Source of the DNA: Candidatus Forterrea multitransposorum CG_2015-17_Forterrea_25_41
GTDB lineage: Archaea > Iainarchaeota > Iainarchaeia > Iainarchaeales > CSSED10-239
DNA: 64,000 nucleotides
Reading direction: 5' to 3'
Assembly: GCA_009392915.1 (NCBI GenBank)
Contig: CP045477.1
Location: forward strand, 736,001 to 800,000
Shown: positions 41,790 through 52,551 of the stretch, piece after piece
Numbering within the stretch: position 1 is the stretch's first letter
Layout of the letters: each line of letters begins with the position of its first letter
Made by a program: the position numbers and the translations under genes
Notes under the pieces: generated by a model
What the model was told of the DNA's origin: nothing
The model's input: the letters and a program-made list of their open reading frames with translations, nothing else
Databases searched by the model: none

Positions 41790-42979
41790 ATCTTTACAAT
41801 CCATATAAATAAAAATACTGTAATTATTAATAAAATAGTGATTGCTGTATTTTCAGAAGAATCTGGGTTTTCTGAATTAATGCTAATTGTTTGAGTACCA
41901 ATATTTTTAACATTTTCTCCTTCTAAATAATTAATAGTAAAATTTAAGGTGTGTTCTCCTTCTTTATATGTTTTAATTATAAATGGTATTTCAACAACAT
42001 CTTTTGGTCTAATTAGATTTATTTTTTCTTGAGATACAATTATTTCTCCATTAAAATAAGGTTTGATATATACATCTGTAACTTCTTTTTCTGAATTGTT
42101 AATAATAATTAAATGACCAGTTTGTTCTTCTTTTGGTACAATTATTTTTTGAATATCTATATGATTTTCTAAAGCATTTTCTTTTTCTGAAATAGTTATT
42201 ATTTTTTGTTTAATTTTTTTTGTAATTTCTTGGTTAAAAACATCTGTGTATTTAAGATTTGCAATAGGTGTTGCAAATGTGTTATTTGAATCTGTTTTTA
42301 CAAAATAATCTATTTTTATTTCACTTTGAGCTTTAAGCAATCCTTCAAAACTTGTTTCTCCAGAAACATTTTCTAAATTAGAATTATATATGAATAAATT
42401 AGATGCATTTTTAAGTTCAATAAAAGTATCTGCATAACCACTATTTCTTACGTGAATAGTAATAGGTATTAAAGTATTAACATATGCTGTAGAAGGTGCA
42501 TCTTGATAAAAATCTTCATCAGTTATTTTTGAATTATAATAAGTTCCAATTAAACTATCTGAATCTATAATTAACCTTGGTAAAAAATTATTTTCAATAC
42601 AAATTTCTAATTTGTTATCAATTGAATCAAATTTTCCTAATTTTATAATATTTTTTTCTTTAATCTCTTTATCAATTATTTCTGTAATATTTTTATCATT
42701 TACTTTAATGTTGATTATAACTCCTTTAGAAATAGGTATATAATTTTTAAGCATTAATTGAAAATAAGTTTCTGAAAACTCATCAGATTTTAAATTAAAA
42801 GTAAAATCTTTACAAAAACTACTTCCTTTTTCAACAACAATATCACCTTTATCTAATATATTTAAAGTGGTTTCATCAATAGTTGTTGCTAATAATGAGT
42901 TTGAAATTAAGATAATTCCAATAATTAATAAAAAATACTTATAATTCATATATACTTCACAATATATTATATCTAACAA
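41786..42979 (-). CDS. secreted, C-terminally membrane-anchored surface protein
   Basis: N-terminal signal-like helix (YKYFLLIIGIILISNSLLA) and a C-terminal TM (AITILLIITVFLFIWIVKI). Length 397 aa. Confidence 0.45.
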   Translation of the reverse strand: MLDIIYCEVYMNYKYFLLIIGIILISNSLLATTIDETTLNILDKGDIVVEKGSSFCKDFTFNLKSDEFSETYFQLMLKNYIPISKGVIINIKVNDKNITEIIDKEIKEKNIIKLGKFDSIDNKLEICIENNFLPRLIIDSDSLIGTYYNSKITDEDFYQDAPSTAYVNTLIPITIHVRNSGYADTFIELKNASNLFIYNSNLENVSGETSFEGLLKAQSEIKIDYFVKTDSNNTFATPIANLKYTDVFNQEITKKIKQKIITISEKENALENHIDIQKIIVPKEEQTGHLIIINNSEKEVTDVYIKPYFNGEIIVSQEKINLIRPKDVVEIPFIIKTYKEGEHTLNFTINYLEGENVKNIGTQTISINSENPDSSENTAITILLIITVFLFIWIVKI

Positions 42980-42998
42980 TTAATTTATATTCTTATCT

Positions 42999-45900
42999 TT
43001 AATGTCTTAATATTTTTTTCTTTTTCTCAGCTATGGTTTTTTCTTTCTTTTTATTACCCAACCTTAAATAAGCATATAAACTAACGAATAAAACTACAAT
43101 AATTGTAATTAAAATATATTGTGTTTTTGTTGAATTTTTCGAAACAGGATTTGTTTGTTTTAAAACATAAATTACATCAAGATATTTTTCATCATCATAA
43201 TTTGTTTTTGCAAAATTAAGTGTTTCAACATCATATTCTTTTTTTTGATAATCTATTATTTCTTTTTTAGCATCATCTTTTATTTCAATTAAACCAGAGG
43301 TTAAATTATCATAATCTGATTTTATTTTTTCAATTCTATTTATTGTTTCTAAAGAAATGGCATTAAGTGCACCTTTGTAGTCTTTTTCATTATATTTTTC
43401 ATCAAAGTTAGATAATTCTTTATTGAAAAGTACACTTTCTAAAAAAGCATAATTTTTTTCTAATCTTTTTGCATCGTTTTCTGTAATTCCAGAAAAATAC
43501 CCAATTGAATAAAGATCAGTTAAAGTATATGTTTCATATAACAAATATGTTTTTGTAATTATTTCATTAATTTTGTCTTCTTCTAAATTATTTGTTATTG
43601 GGTTAATGTAATAATAAAGTTCTTCAGCTTTTTCTTTTAGTTTCTGATTAATTATATCTTTAATTTCTGTAATGTTTTTATCTTTACTTAATAAATCTAA
43701 ATCTATGTTTTCTAAATTATTTTCATTAATAATTTCATTAAGTTCTTTAAATTCAGCAATTTCTAAACTTTTAGTGTCGTTTTGTAAGTCCTTTTCTCTT
43801 TTTTTAATATCTATTAATAACTGTATTAAATCTTTTTCTGCTAAAACCATATTTTGATATTTATTACTTTCTATTTTTTCTAATTTGTTTTCTTCAAAAG
43901 AAGTTAGTTCTTTTTGATAAATCTCATTTAAAGTAATTAAATAATTTTCTTCAATAATTTGATAATGTTTGTTTTTTTCTAATAGTTTTTGTAAGGTGTT
44001 ATAATAACTGTAAATAGTTTCTATTTCATTAATACTATATTCTTCAGAATATGGTTTGTCCAACAAATATTTCAATTCTTTAATTGATTCTTTTTGAATA
44101 TCTAAAAATCTAGTGTTTCTAAGCTCTTCTGCTGCTAAAATTATTTCTCTAATTTCTTCATAAACTTTATTCTTTTCAATTAATGTTTTTAAAACAAATT
44201 CTAAAACTTCATCTTTTTTAATCTCTATATTATAAATTAAGTTTCCATTTTCTTCAAATAAAGTAATTTCTTTATTATTTTTATAAAAAGTATTAATTTC
44301 GTTTTCTTTAGTTTCTTTAATAATTAATTTTTGATTAATTTTTTCAAAAAATTTATTCTTTAAAGAAATATTTGTTGTTGTAATAAATTTATCACTACTT
44401 ATTTCTTCAATATTTTTAGATAGGTTATTTTCAAATACAGGTCCATAGACATAAAATTCATTTTCTTTTTTTGTATAATAATAAATATTATTTTCTTCTA
44501 TAATAACATCTTCATTTTTAGATATAAATCCATCAATAAATAAAAGTGAATCATATATTCCTTCTACTTCGTTTTCAATTGTAATTTTAATAATACTTTC
44601 TTTTAATGATAAATAAATTATTTCATAATTTATATTTTTATTATTCTCATAATCTACTAAGAAATAATTTTTACCAGGATATATAGTGTGTATCTTTATT
44701 TGTGTTTTATTAATAAGTAACCCAGGATCTTTAGATACTAGGTTTAAATAATTATTTTCTATTTCAATATTTAAAATAATTTCAGAGAAGTTATTTATTA
44801 ATTCAAAATAATATTTATCATCTATTTTTTTAATAGTGTAGTTTTTATTTTCTTGAATGATCTTTTTAATGATTAAATCTATTTCTCTTTCAATATTATT
44901 TATTTTTTCTTGATTTTCATTAATATTTATAATTAACTCAACATTATTTTTTTGTTTTATTTCCTTTACATCTTTTTCAATTTCACTAATTATTTCATAA
45001 TTTTCTTCAAGTTTATTTTCAACATATATTTCATTAATTTTATTTTCTATTTCTTTAATTCTTTTTTTAATTATAATTATTTTTTCATTACTTTCAAGTT
45101 TATAATTTATGTTGTTAATGTGTTCTAAACAATCTTCTTCTGTTGAATAAATATATAATTCATAATCTTTAACTTCTTCAATTTCGCTTTCAATAACACT
45201 ATAAATTAACTCTTGGCAATTTTGTATTTCATTTGCATTTTTTATTTTTTCACAATAATTTAATTTTTCAAGAAGATTGTCACTTTCTTTATATTGACTA
45301 ATTAATCTTGATATATATAGATTACTTTGTTCTTCTAGATTTTCAACTAAAATATCACAAGCAAACAGTTGAGAGTTTTCTAACTTTTCTTTTTCAACAA
45401 TTTCTTGGTTTTGTAAAATTTCTAAATTAATTTCTTTTAATTCTGATAAATATTTTCCAAAAGTAATTGTTTTATTTTCAAAGTAATTTTTTTGTTTTAA
45501 ATAATAATTATATTTTTCAGTAGTTAAATATTCTTTATTTTTTTCAATTTCTTTTTGATAATCTTCTATTTTATTATAAATTACATCTAAATTTTCAGTT
45601 ATTCTATTATTAATAATTATAAATTCTGTAACTAATGATTTTTCTTTTCCAACCAACTTATCCATTAAAATATAAAAATTATATCCATCTAGTTTATCTA
45701 AATTATAGTTTATGTTTCTTAAATCTTCTATGTTAGATAATTTTTTATATACAAAATTATTTATTCTTAAAATTTCAGGAAGATTAATTTCTTGTGAATT
45801 AATTTCTTTTTCATAGATTTGTAAATAATACAAAGTTAGATCAGATACATTTTCTTTTGCAAGATAGGTTTCTCTAAAACCTAATTCTTTAGAATATACA

Positions 45901-46487
45901 TGTAATTCTTTAATTTCTTGATTTACTTTTGATAAATAACTTTCATTTTCTATTTGTTTTTTCATAAAATTAATATTATCATTTAATAATATATAATCTT
46001 GAAATATTTCTTCTTCAGGAATTAGGTTAACTTCTTGCTGTTCTAAAAATAAGGTATAATCAATAATAAGATACATGCTTTTTTTAGTTGCATTATCAAC
46101 ATATGAAAAGGTTTTAGAAAAAAGGTCCATTACATCATTATAATTATCTAAAATTGTTTTGATGTTCTCTTTTCTACACCCTTCATTCAATAAATCTAGT
46201 TCTTTTTTAGTAAGTGTATAATAATAATGACTGGATGCTAAGTAATTTTTATAAGTATCTATATTTTGACTTAAAGAAAGAGGTATTTTGTTATTTTTTT
46301 CAATAGATAATTTTTCAATTTCAGTAAAACATTTATTTTGAGAAGTACAATCATCAATAGAAGTAGAGGAATAATGAGTTAAAGCAAGACAAGCTTGCTT
46401 TTCTCTAGTGGTTATAAATTCAAGGCAACCTGAAAGGCTTACTAGTAAAATCAATAAAAAATATATGTATATTTTTTTATCAATCAA
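42999..46487 (-). CDS. giant coiled-coil surface protein (signal peptide with possible lipobox, C-terminal TM anchor)
   Basis: 1162 aa. The N-terminus LLILLVSLSGCLEF suggests a signal peptide. About 1000 aa are E/K/N/I/L-rich with heptad-like character. The C-terminus has a TM helix plus a basic tail (NKKKEKTIAEKKKK). Confidence 0.5.
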   Translation of the reverse strand: MIDKKIYIYFLLILLVSLSGCLEFITTREKQACLALTHYSSTSIDDCTSQNKCFTEIEKLSIEKNNKIPLSLSQNIDTYKNYLASSHYYYTLTKKELDLLNEGCRKENIKTILDNYNDVMDLFSKTFSYVDNATKKSMYLIIDYTLFLEQQEVNLIPEEEIFQDYILLNDNINFMKKQIENESYLSKVNQEIKELHVYSKELGFRETYLAKENVSDLTLYYLQIYEKEINSQEINLPEILRINNFVYKKLSNIEDLRNINYNLDKLDGYNFYILMDKLVGKEKSLVTEFIIINNRITENLDVIYNKIEDYQKEIEKNKEYLTTEKYNYYLKQKNYFENKTITFGKYLSELKEINLEILQNQEIVEKEKLENSQLFACDILVENLEEQSNLYISRLISQYKESDNLLEKLNYCEKIKNANEIQNCQELIYSVIESEIEEVKDYELYIYSTEEDCLEHINNINYKLESNEKIIIIKKRIKEIENKINEIYVENKLEENYEIISEIEKDVKEIKQKNNVELIININENQEKINNIEREIDLIIKKIIQENKNYTIKKIDDKYYFELINNFSEIILNIEIENNYLNLVSKDPGLLINKTQIKIHTIYPGKNYFLVDYENNKNINYEIIYLSLKESIIKITIENEVEGIYDSLLFIDGFISKNEDVIIEENNIYYYTKKENEFYVYGPVFENNLSKNIEEISSDKFITTTNISLKNKFFEKINQKLIIKETKENEINTFYKNNKEITLFEENGNLIYNIEIKKDEVLEFVLKTLIEKNKVYEEIREIILAAEELRNTRFLDIQKESIKELKYLLDKPYSEEYSINEIETIYSYYNTLQKLLEKNKHYQIIEENYLITLNEIYQKELTSFEENKLEKIESNKYQNMVLAEKDLIQLLIDIKKREKDLQNDTKSLEIAEFKELNEIINENNLENIDLDLLSKDKNITEIKDIINQKLKEKAEELYYYINPITNNLEEDKINEIITKTYLLYETYTLTDLYSIGYFSGITENDAKRLEKNYAFLESVLFNKELSNFDEKYNEKDYKGALNAISLETINRIEKIKSDYDNLTSGLIEIKDDAKKEIIDYQKKEYDVETLNFAKTNYDDEKYLDVIYVLKQTNPVSKNSTKTQYILITIIVVLFVSLYAYLRLGNKKKEKTIAEKKKKILRH

Positions 46488-46499
46488 CTTTTTTATCTC

Positions 46500-46850
46500 C
46501 TAATATCTTACAATTCCTTCTGCATTTATTGTTACTATTTTAAATTTAATATTAGTTTTTAAAAGAATAGATAATATTGCACTATGTTCTTTTCCGCTTC
46601 CAGAATGTATATTAAGTTCAATATCTTTTAAATCTTTAGGCATTTGATTTTCAATATCATCAACAATTTCTGAAAAACCTTTTCTTGGATCAATAATTAT
46701 CCAGTTTACTTTTTTTGAACAAGTAAATTTATCTTGTGCCCATTCGTTTGAGATTAAATAAACTTTATCGTAATCAGTGTTATCTATTATGTGTGCTACT
46801 TGTCCCCAAGTTCCTTTTCCTGTACTTAGTATTCCTAAAAACATTTTCAT
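46500..46850 (-). CDS. hypothetical protein
   Basis: 116 aa ORF tightly packed between the giant surface protein gene and the upstream 105-aa gene. No motif recognised. Confidence 0.3.
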   Translation of the reverse strand: MKMFLGILSTGKGTWGQVAHIIDNTDYDKVYLISNEWAQDKFTCSKKVNWIIIDPRKGFSEIVDDIENQMPKDLKDIELNIHSGSGKEHSAILSILLKTNIKFKIVTINAEGIVRY

Positions 46851-47168
46851 TTATTCACCACCGTTTAAATCAAATTTTTCTTTAGATTCTATATAGATAC
46901 TAACAAAATCTTTTCCTTTATCTGTAAGATAATAAACTTCTTCTTCATCTAGTTGGATTTTTTTGATTAATTTTGTCTGTATTAAAGTATCTAATATATT
47001 ATATAGAATAGATACATTTTTAAAATATATATTTACCTTTAATTCTTCAATTTTAGGTGGTTTTTTATTAATTTCAACTAAAACAGCCATATGTTCTTTA
47101 GATTGTATAATTTTTAGAAGTTCTGGTTCTTTTTCAACCATTTCAATTAATTTTTCTTTTTCTGTCAT
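46851..47168 (-). CDS. small winged-helix-like protein (tentative DNA-binding)
   Basis: 105 aa. The helix-turn-helix-like segment NVSILYNILDTLIQTKLIKK is followed by a beta hairpin EEEVYYLTDKGKDF. Its start overlaps the Elp3 stop. Confidence 0.3.
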   Translation of the reverse strand: MTEKEKLIEMVEKEPELLKIIQSKEHMAVLVEINKKPPKIEELKVNIYFKNVSILYNILDTLIQTKLIKKIQLDEEEVYYLTDKGKDFVSIYIESKEKFDLNGGE

Positions 47169-48699
47169 TTTTAATCACTTTTACCATGTAAGCACCTTCA
47201 AGTTTATACCCTTGTTTTTTATAGTACTCTCTAACTCCAATTCCACTAATTATAGCTACTTTTGTTTTATTTTCTTTAAGTGAAATTGTTTCTGCTAATT
47301 TTAATAGTTTTTTACCAATACCAATATGTTGTATATTTTTATTTTTAAACTCTGTGGCTTGTCCATATACATGTAATTCTCTAACAATTGAGGTATTTTC
47401 AGTTATTTCTTTAACAAAAGGTTGACTTGGTATTCTAAGTCTTATAAACCCAAGCAAATAATCTTTCTTTTCTGCATATATAAAATATTCTGTTCCACCA
47501 GATGCAGCATATTTAATTTTTTTAATAGAATAGCTTTTGATACTTTCTATTTTTTGTTTAGGTTCACAACATCTAATACAGTTACATTTTGTTTTTCTTT
47601 TTTCAAGTTCTTTAAAAACAAGTTCTCTTAAGTTACTTTTTGTAATTCCTGCAAGTATTTTTGTTGCAGGTATATCTCTTTGAACTCTCATTATCCTTAC
47701 CCATTTAGGAACAATTTCTTTAACATCTGCAATTAAATTAATTACTTCTTTTTCAGTATAAGGAATGTATTTTTGAGAATAATACATTTTTTCAAGAACT
47801 GTATGCTCTGTAACTAAACAAGGATATATTTTTATCATATCAGGACAATAATCTGGATTTGAAAATATTTCTTTAAAGCTTTCAAAATCTCTTTTAATAT
47901 CGCTTCCAGGAAGTCCAATCATCATGTGATATAATACTTTAAATCCAGAATCTTTAAGTTCTTTTGTAGCCTGAATTACTTCTTTAATTCCATGTCCTCT
48001 TTTTACAAAAACATGTACATCATCATATGTAGTTTGAACTCCAAGTTCAACTCTTGTTCCTCCAAAATCTAAAAGTCTTCTAATAATTTTTTTATCACAA
48101 TAATCTGGTCTAGTTTCAAAGGTAAGTCCAACTATTCTTCTTTTTGTTTTCATTAATATTTTTTTAAGATTATTTAGGTCTTTACTTTTAGAATTTGAGA
48201 TTGCTTGAAATGTTTTAATCATAAAATCTTTTTGATATTTATAATCAGTTGAAGGAAATGTTCCCCCCATCACAATAAGTTCTAATTTATTTGTAGGATG
48301 TCCAATTGCTTCAAGTTGTTTTATTCTATCTGTAATTTGTTTTGCAGGATTAAAATTATTTAATTTACCTCTCATACTTGCAGGTTCAAAACCAGTGTAG
48401 CTTTTAGGTGTATCTTTAAAGCTAGGACAAAAAATACAATTTCCAGGACAAACATGTGGTTTTGTCATTACTGAAAGTATTGTTACTCCTGAAAGTGTTC
48501 TAGAGGGTTTAGTTATAAATGTAGAAGTTGGGTTTTGAATATCAAGGGCATGTAAAATATCTGAAGTTAAGGGTAATTTTGATAAATTATATTTTTTTGC
48601 AAAACTTGCTTTCATCCCTTGAAGTTCTTTGTATTTTATTTTTTCAAGATTTATATCTTTAAAGAAATCTTTTATTCTTTTTATTTTTTCTTTGTTCAT
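47143..48699 (-). CDS. elp3: Elp3-family radical SAM/GNAT protein (tRNA U34 modification)
   Basis: Radical SAM CPGNCIFCP, the elongator-type central domain, and a C-terminal GNAT fold with QHIGIGKKLL acetyl-CoA motif. Length 518 aa. Confidence 0.9.
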   Translation of the reverse strand: MNKEKIKRIKDFFKDINLEKIKYKELQGMKASFAKKYNLSKLPLTSDILHALDIQNPTSTFITKPSRTLSGVTILSVMTKPHVCPGNCIFCPSFKDTPKSYTGFEPASMRGKLNNFNPAKQITDRIKQLEAIGHPTNKLELIVMGGTFPSTDYKYQKDFMIKTFQAISNSKSKDLNNLKKILMKTKRRIVGLTFETRPDYCDKKIIRRLLDFGGTRVELGVQTTYDDVHVFVKRGHGIKEVIQATKELKDSGFKVLYHMMIGLPGSDIKRDFESFKEIFSNPDYCPDMIKIYPCLVTEHTVLEKMYYSQKYIPYTEKEVINLIADVKEIVPKWVRIMRVQRDIPATKILAGITKSNLRELVFKELEKRKTKCNCIRCCEPKQKIESIKSYSIKKIKYAASGGTEYFIYAEKKDYLLGFIRLRIPSQPFVKEITENTSIVRELHVYGQATEFKNKNIQHIGIGKKLLKLAETISLKENKTKVAIISGIGVREYYKKQGYKLEGAYMVKVIKNDRKRKIN

Positions 48700-48703
48700 G
48701 TAT

Positions 48704-49498
48704 CTATATGATTTTAATTATTTTATTTAAAAAATAAATAGGTATTAAGTTTGAATTAAATAAAGGATAAAAATGTTCTTTTGAACCATATATTGATTTA
48801 AGATCTTTAATAGTTTCTATTTTTATATTGTAATTAATACTATTTGTTAAATCCTCTTCTTTAGGATATATTTTTAAAGTAAAATTTTTCTCTCCAATTT
48901 CTTTAGGATAATATTGATATATTTGTTCTGTTACACTATTTGGTTGAAGAATAATTTTTTTCTCTTTTGAAAGTCTTTCTTTTTTATCTAAAAACCATTT
49001 ATCTGAAATATCTGAAGTAATCATTATTTTTTTAGTGGTGTTTGACTTATTAATAATACTTAAGGTTATTGTTTCTTTTTGTTCAAATTTAACATAAGGA
49101 TTATAATTAATTAATTTTGAATGAATTACTTGATCTGTAATTTCCATATTTAAAATAATTTCTCTCTTTTGGTTTTCAGAGCTTAAAATTAATTTTAATG
49201 AATATGGTCCAGATAGATTTTCAGCTAATTTAATTTCTGTAAAAATACTTTCTCTTGTTTGTCTTGTTTTTTCTACAATGACGTCGTTTATTTGATTTGG
49301 ACTAATAGAAATGTAGTTATAATTTTCATTTTCTTCTAAAAGAAAACTAATCATGAAAAATTCTCCTGGAGAGAAAAAACCTAATTCTACAGTGTCATTA
49401 TAAGTTAAATCTTTAGAGATTGGTTCTAATAATTCTAATGAAAATAAATTAGTACTAATCACTAACATAAAAATAATTATTATTAAATATTTTTTCAT
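48704..49498 (-). CDS. secreted hypothetical protein
   Basis: 264 aa. The N-terminus MKKYLIIIIFMLVISTNLFS is signal-peptide-like. Confidence 0.4.
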   Translation of the reverse strand: MKKYLIIIIFMLVISTNLFSLELLEPISKDLTYNDTVELGFFSPGEFFMISFLLEENENYNYISISPNQINDVIVEKTRQTRESIFTEIKLAENLSGPYSLKLILSSENQKREIILNMEITDQVIHSKLINYNPYVKFEQKETITLSIINKSNTTKKIMITSDISDKWFLDKKERLSKEKKIILQPNSVTEQIYQYYPKEIGEKNFTLKIYPKEEDLTNSINYNIKIETIKDLKSIYGSKEHFYPLFNSNLIPIYFLNKIIKII

Positions 49499-49590
49499 AA
49501 ATTTTCTTTTATCCTATCCTTTATTAAATATTTTTTATCTATATATATTATAGCTAAACAAATATAAAAAGCTTTTTAAAATTAAAAAGG

Positions 49591-50202
49591 TTGGAAATAC
49601 TTATGAATCAAAATACAATTGATAATAAATATGAAATGATAAAAAAACACCATACAGAAACTTTAATGGAAGCAATAGAAACTAAAAAAGTTGATGAAAT
49701 ATTAATTCCTTTTCTTTTAGAAGTTACAAAGATTCCAGATGTTTTTACTTCTTCTTCTTGTGCTGGAAGAATAATGCTTTTATCTACAGATGAATATGAA
49801 AATAAGAAAGTCTCTTCTTTTCATAAAAAATATCATAGAACAACAACTTTTGAAGAACTTAAACAAGATACTGATGATTTTAATGAATCTGAGCTTTGGT
49901 TTAAGATGGAACCTTTTATTTTTCATTTTGGATGTAAAGATTATGAAAAGGCAAAAGAACTACTTTCTTTTTCTCAAGAATTTGGGCTTAAAAAAGCAGG
50001 TATAATAACTGCTCATGATGGAAAGTATATCTTAGAGGTTACAAGTACACAGTATATGGCCTTACCTTTAAAGGAAAATGGTAAAATGTTAGTTACTGAT
50101 GATTATTTAAAATTTATAGTTGATAGGGCAAATAAAAAAATAGAAAAAAACTTTGAAAGACTTGAAAAGTTTTCAAAGTTATTTTTAGAAAGGTTTTCTT
50201 GA
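49591..50202 (+). CDS. taw3: tRNA wybutosine-synthesizing protein 3 homologue (Taw3/TYW3 family)
   Basis: FTSSSCAGRIMLL resembles the conserved SSCSGRI motif of TYW3-family methyltransferases. The length of 203 aa is typical. Confidence 0.6.
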   Translation: MEILMNQNTIDNKYEMIKKHHTETLMEAIETKKVDEILIPFLLEVTKIPDVFTSSSCAGRIMLLSTDEYENKKVSSFHKKYHRTTTFEELKQDTDDFNESELWFKMEPFIFHFGCKDYEKAKELLSFSQEFGLKKAGIITAHDGKYILEVTSTQYMALPLKENGKMLVTDDYLKFIVDRANKKIEKNFERLEKFSKLFLERFS

Positions 50203-50208
50203 AAATAT

Positions 50209-51168
50209 TTATTTTTTATCATCTTTTAAATACGCTTTAATAAATGGTAAATAATTTTTAAGATCATCAGGATCTACTTTATTTGCAACTTTTTTAACAT
50301 CTTTAGTTTTACTAATTGTATCTGTGACTTTATTTAATAAAGATGTAAGCTCCATTGGAAAAATAATTTTAGAAGATTGTCCTTCTGCCATTTTTTCTAA
50401 AGCTTTTAAATAATAATAGATAACTGTTTTTTCTGATAATTGATCAGTTGCATCTTTAACAGCTAAAATTTTTGCTTTTTCAGATTCTGCAAGTTCATAA
50501 ACAGCTAGTTTTTTCTGAACTGCTGCTTTTTGTTCGTGCATTGCCATTAAAATATCATCTGGTATTTTAATATCAGTAAGTTCAACAGAAGTTACTTTTA
50601 CACCCCATTCTTTAGAAACACTTTCTAAGGCTTTTTTAAGTTTAGTATTAATCTCTTCAATGTTTGTAATTACTTCTGTAATTTCAAATTCACCCACAAC
50701 ATCTCTAAGCATTGCAATAACATACATTGTTGATGCTTTTCTATAATCTTCAACACTAACTATAGAATTAATTATGCTTTCTTTATCATTTCTAACAGAT
50801 ATAAATAATACACCATCTATTCTAAGTTGGATGTTATCTTTTGTTAAAACATTTTGTGGAGGAATGTCCATGGTTTCTACTCTTAAAGTTACAAGGTTTG
50901 GTTTTTCAATCAATGGCCATACAAAAGTCCATCCTGGTCCTCCAACTCTTCTAACTTTTCCAAATCTAAAAATTACTGCTCTTTCATAATCTTTTAAAGT
51001 AAGTATTATTTTTAATTTAAATATTAAGAATATAAAAAACACAATTCCTAAAAACCAAAAAACACTAGTTTGTATTTTTTGACTTAAATAAAAAATAGCG
51101 ATTATTAAACCTAAAACAAAAAGGGTCAATATTGTAAAGATAAAATTTTTAAATTTAGATTCATTCAT
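50209..51168 (-). CDS. SPFH/band 7 (stomatin/prohibitin-like) membrane protein
   Basis: N-terminal TM helices, then YERAVIFRFGKVRRVGGPGWTFVWPLIEKP...LTKDNIQLRIDGVLFISV, typical of the SPFH domain. A coiled-coil tail follows. Confidence 0.85.
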   Translation of the reverse strand: MNESKFKNFIFTILTLFVLGLIIAIFYLSQKIQTSVFWFLGIVFFIFLIFKLKIILTLKDYERAVIFRFGKVRRVGGPGWTFVWPLIEKPNLVTLRVETMDIPPQNVLTKDNIQLRIDGVLFISVRNDKESIINSIVSVEDYRKASTMYVIAMLRDVVGEFEITEVITNIEEINTKLKKALESVSKEWGVKVTSVELTDIKIPDDILMAMHEQKAAVQKKLAVYELAESEKAKILAVKDATDQLSEKTVIYYYLKALEKMAEGQSSKIIFPMELTSLLNKVTDTISKTKDVKKVANKVDPDDLKNYLPFIKAYLKDDKK

Positions 51169-51213
51169 AGAATATTCATTTTTATAAGTTTATGTAAATA
51201 AATTAAATTACAA

Positions 51214-52551
51214 TTGTTTTATATATTTTTCTATATTATATATTTTGGAGTACTCATGGCTAAATCTAAAAAATCAGAAACTAATAAAACTAATGAAGTG
51301 AAAATAGTTTCTCAAACAATCTCTGATGAGATTTTAGATCAAGAAAAGATATTAGTCGTATGTGTAGATAGAGATAATGATATTGGTCAAAAAATTAATG
51401 TTACTGGTCCAATCATTGGTTTTAAAAATAATGTAAAGGTTGTTACTAATTTTGGAATTGCAGATCCTGAAGATTCAGATGCAAATTGTATTTTTGGTGG
51501 TTTGAAAGTTTATAAAAAATTAGAAAGTAATACTGATGTTGAAATTGTAACATTAACAGGACATTCAAAAGAAAATATTTTATTTTCTGATAAAAATATA
51601 GCTAATCAATTAAAACAAGTATTGTCTGTTTATCCTGCAACAGGTGTTGTTTTTGTAAGTGATGGTGCAGAAGATGATCAAGTAATTCCATTAATTCAAA
51701 ATTTTGTACCTATAATTTCTAAAGAAACAGTAATTGTTAGACAATCTAAAAGTTTAGAAAGTACCTTTTATACAATAAAAAGAGCTTTAAAAGATCCTTT
51801 TTTTGCAAGAGTTGTTTATGGTGTTCCTGCAATTGCTTTATTGTTATTTGTTTTCTTTAGGGCTTATGCTTTACAGATTGTTGCTTTTTTACTAGGAATG
51901 TATTTTTTAGTAAAAGGTTTTAGTTTAGATAAAAAAATAATTTCTTTTTTTAAAAATGTTACAAATAAATTTTCAATATACAGGATAAGTCTTCCTTTTT
52001 ATCTTGCATTTATTTTCTTTTTAATCTTTGCAATTATTAAAGGATTAAATCTTTATTATCAAAATCAATATTTTGATTATTTGTTTATTATTGTTTCTTC
52101 TATTAGATCTGTACTTTTACAAATAGTTATTGCTTTTGTACTTTTAGTTATAGGTTCAATAATTGATTTATTCTATTTGAAAAAAATGTTTAATTTAGGT
52201 AAAAATATTTTTGCTTTGTTTTTTATAATTATATTTTCAATAATTGTTGATTTTGCTTTACAATTTATAATTCAAGATATAAATATTTCATTCTTTTTAT
52301 TAGTGGTAATCTTTGGATCAATCCTTTTAGTTTTAGTAAGTAGATTTACTGTTCTATTTGATGTGAACTTTAAAGTTAGTCCTCTTTTAGTCGGGCTTTC
52401 AGTCTATTCTAAGTATGGTTTGTTTTTAGGAGAAGTAACTGGTGTAGATGATAAGAGAAAAGTTTTAAGATATAAGGAAAAGAACACTGAAAAAGTAAAA
52501 ACTATTTCTGAAAAGAACTTTGTTTTAGAAAATGGTACTATTCTAATCTAA
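51214..52551 (+). CDS. membrane protein with N-terminal cytoplasmic domain (DUF373-like, tentative)
   Basis: A soluble ~200-aa domain (KILVVCVDRDNDIGQK) is followed by about six TM helices. The likely true start is MAKSKK at 51256, preceded by GGAG. Confidence 0.4.
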   Translation: MFYIFFYIIYFGVLMAKSKKSETNKTNEVKIVSQTISDEILDQEKILVVCVDRDNDIGQKINVTGPIIGFKNNVKVVTNFGIADPEDSDANCIFGGLKVYKKLESNTDVEIVTLTGHSKENILFSDKNIANQLKQVLSVYPATGVVFVSDGAEDDQVIPLIQNFVPIISKETVIVRQSKSLESTFYTIKRALKDPFFARVVYGVPAIALLLFVFFRAYALQIVAFLLGMYFLVKGFSLDKKIISFFKNVTNKFSIYRISLPFYLAFIFFLIFAIIKGLNLYYQNQYFDYLFIIVSSIRSVLLQIVIAFVLLVIGSIIDLFYLKKMFNLGKNIFALFFIIIFSIIVDFALQFIIQDINISFFLLVVIFGSILLVLVSRFTVLFDVNFKVSPLLVGLSVYSKYGLFLGEVTGVDDKRKVLRYKEKNTEKVKTISEKNFVLENGTILI

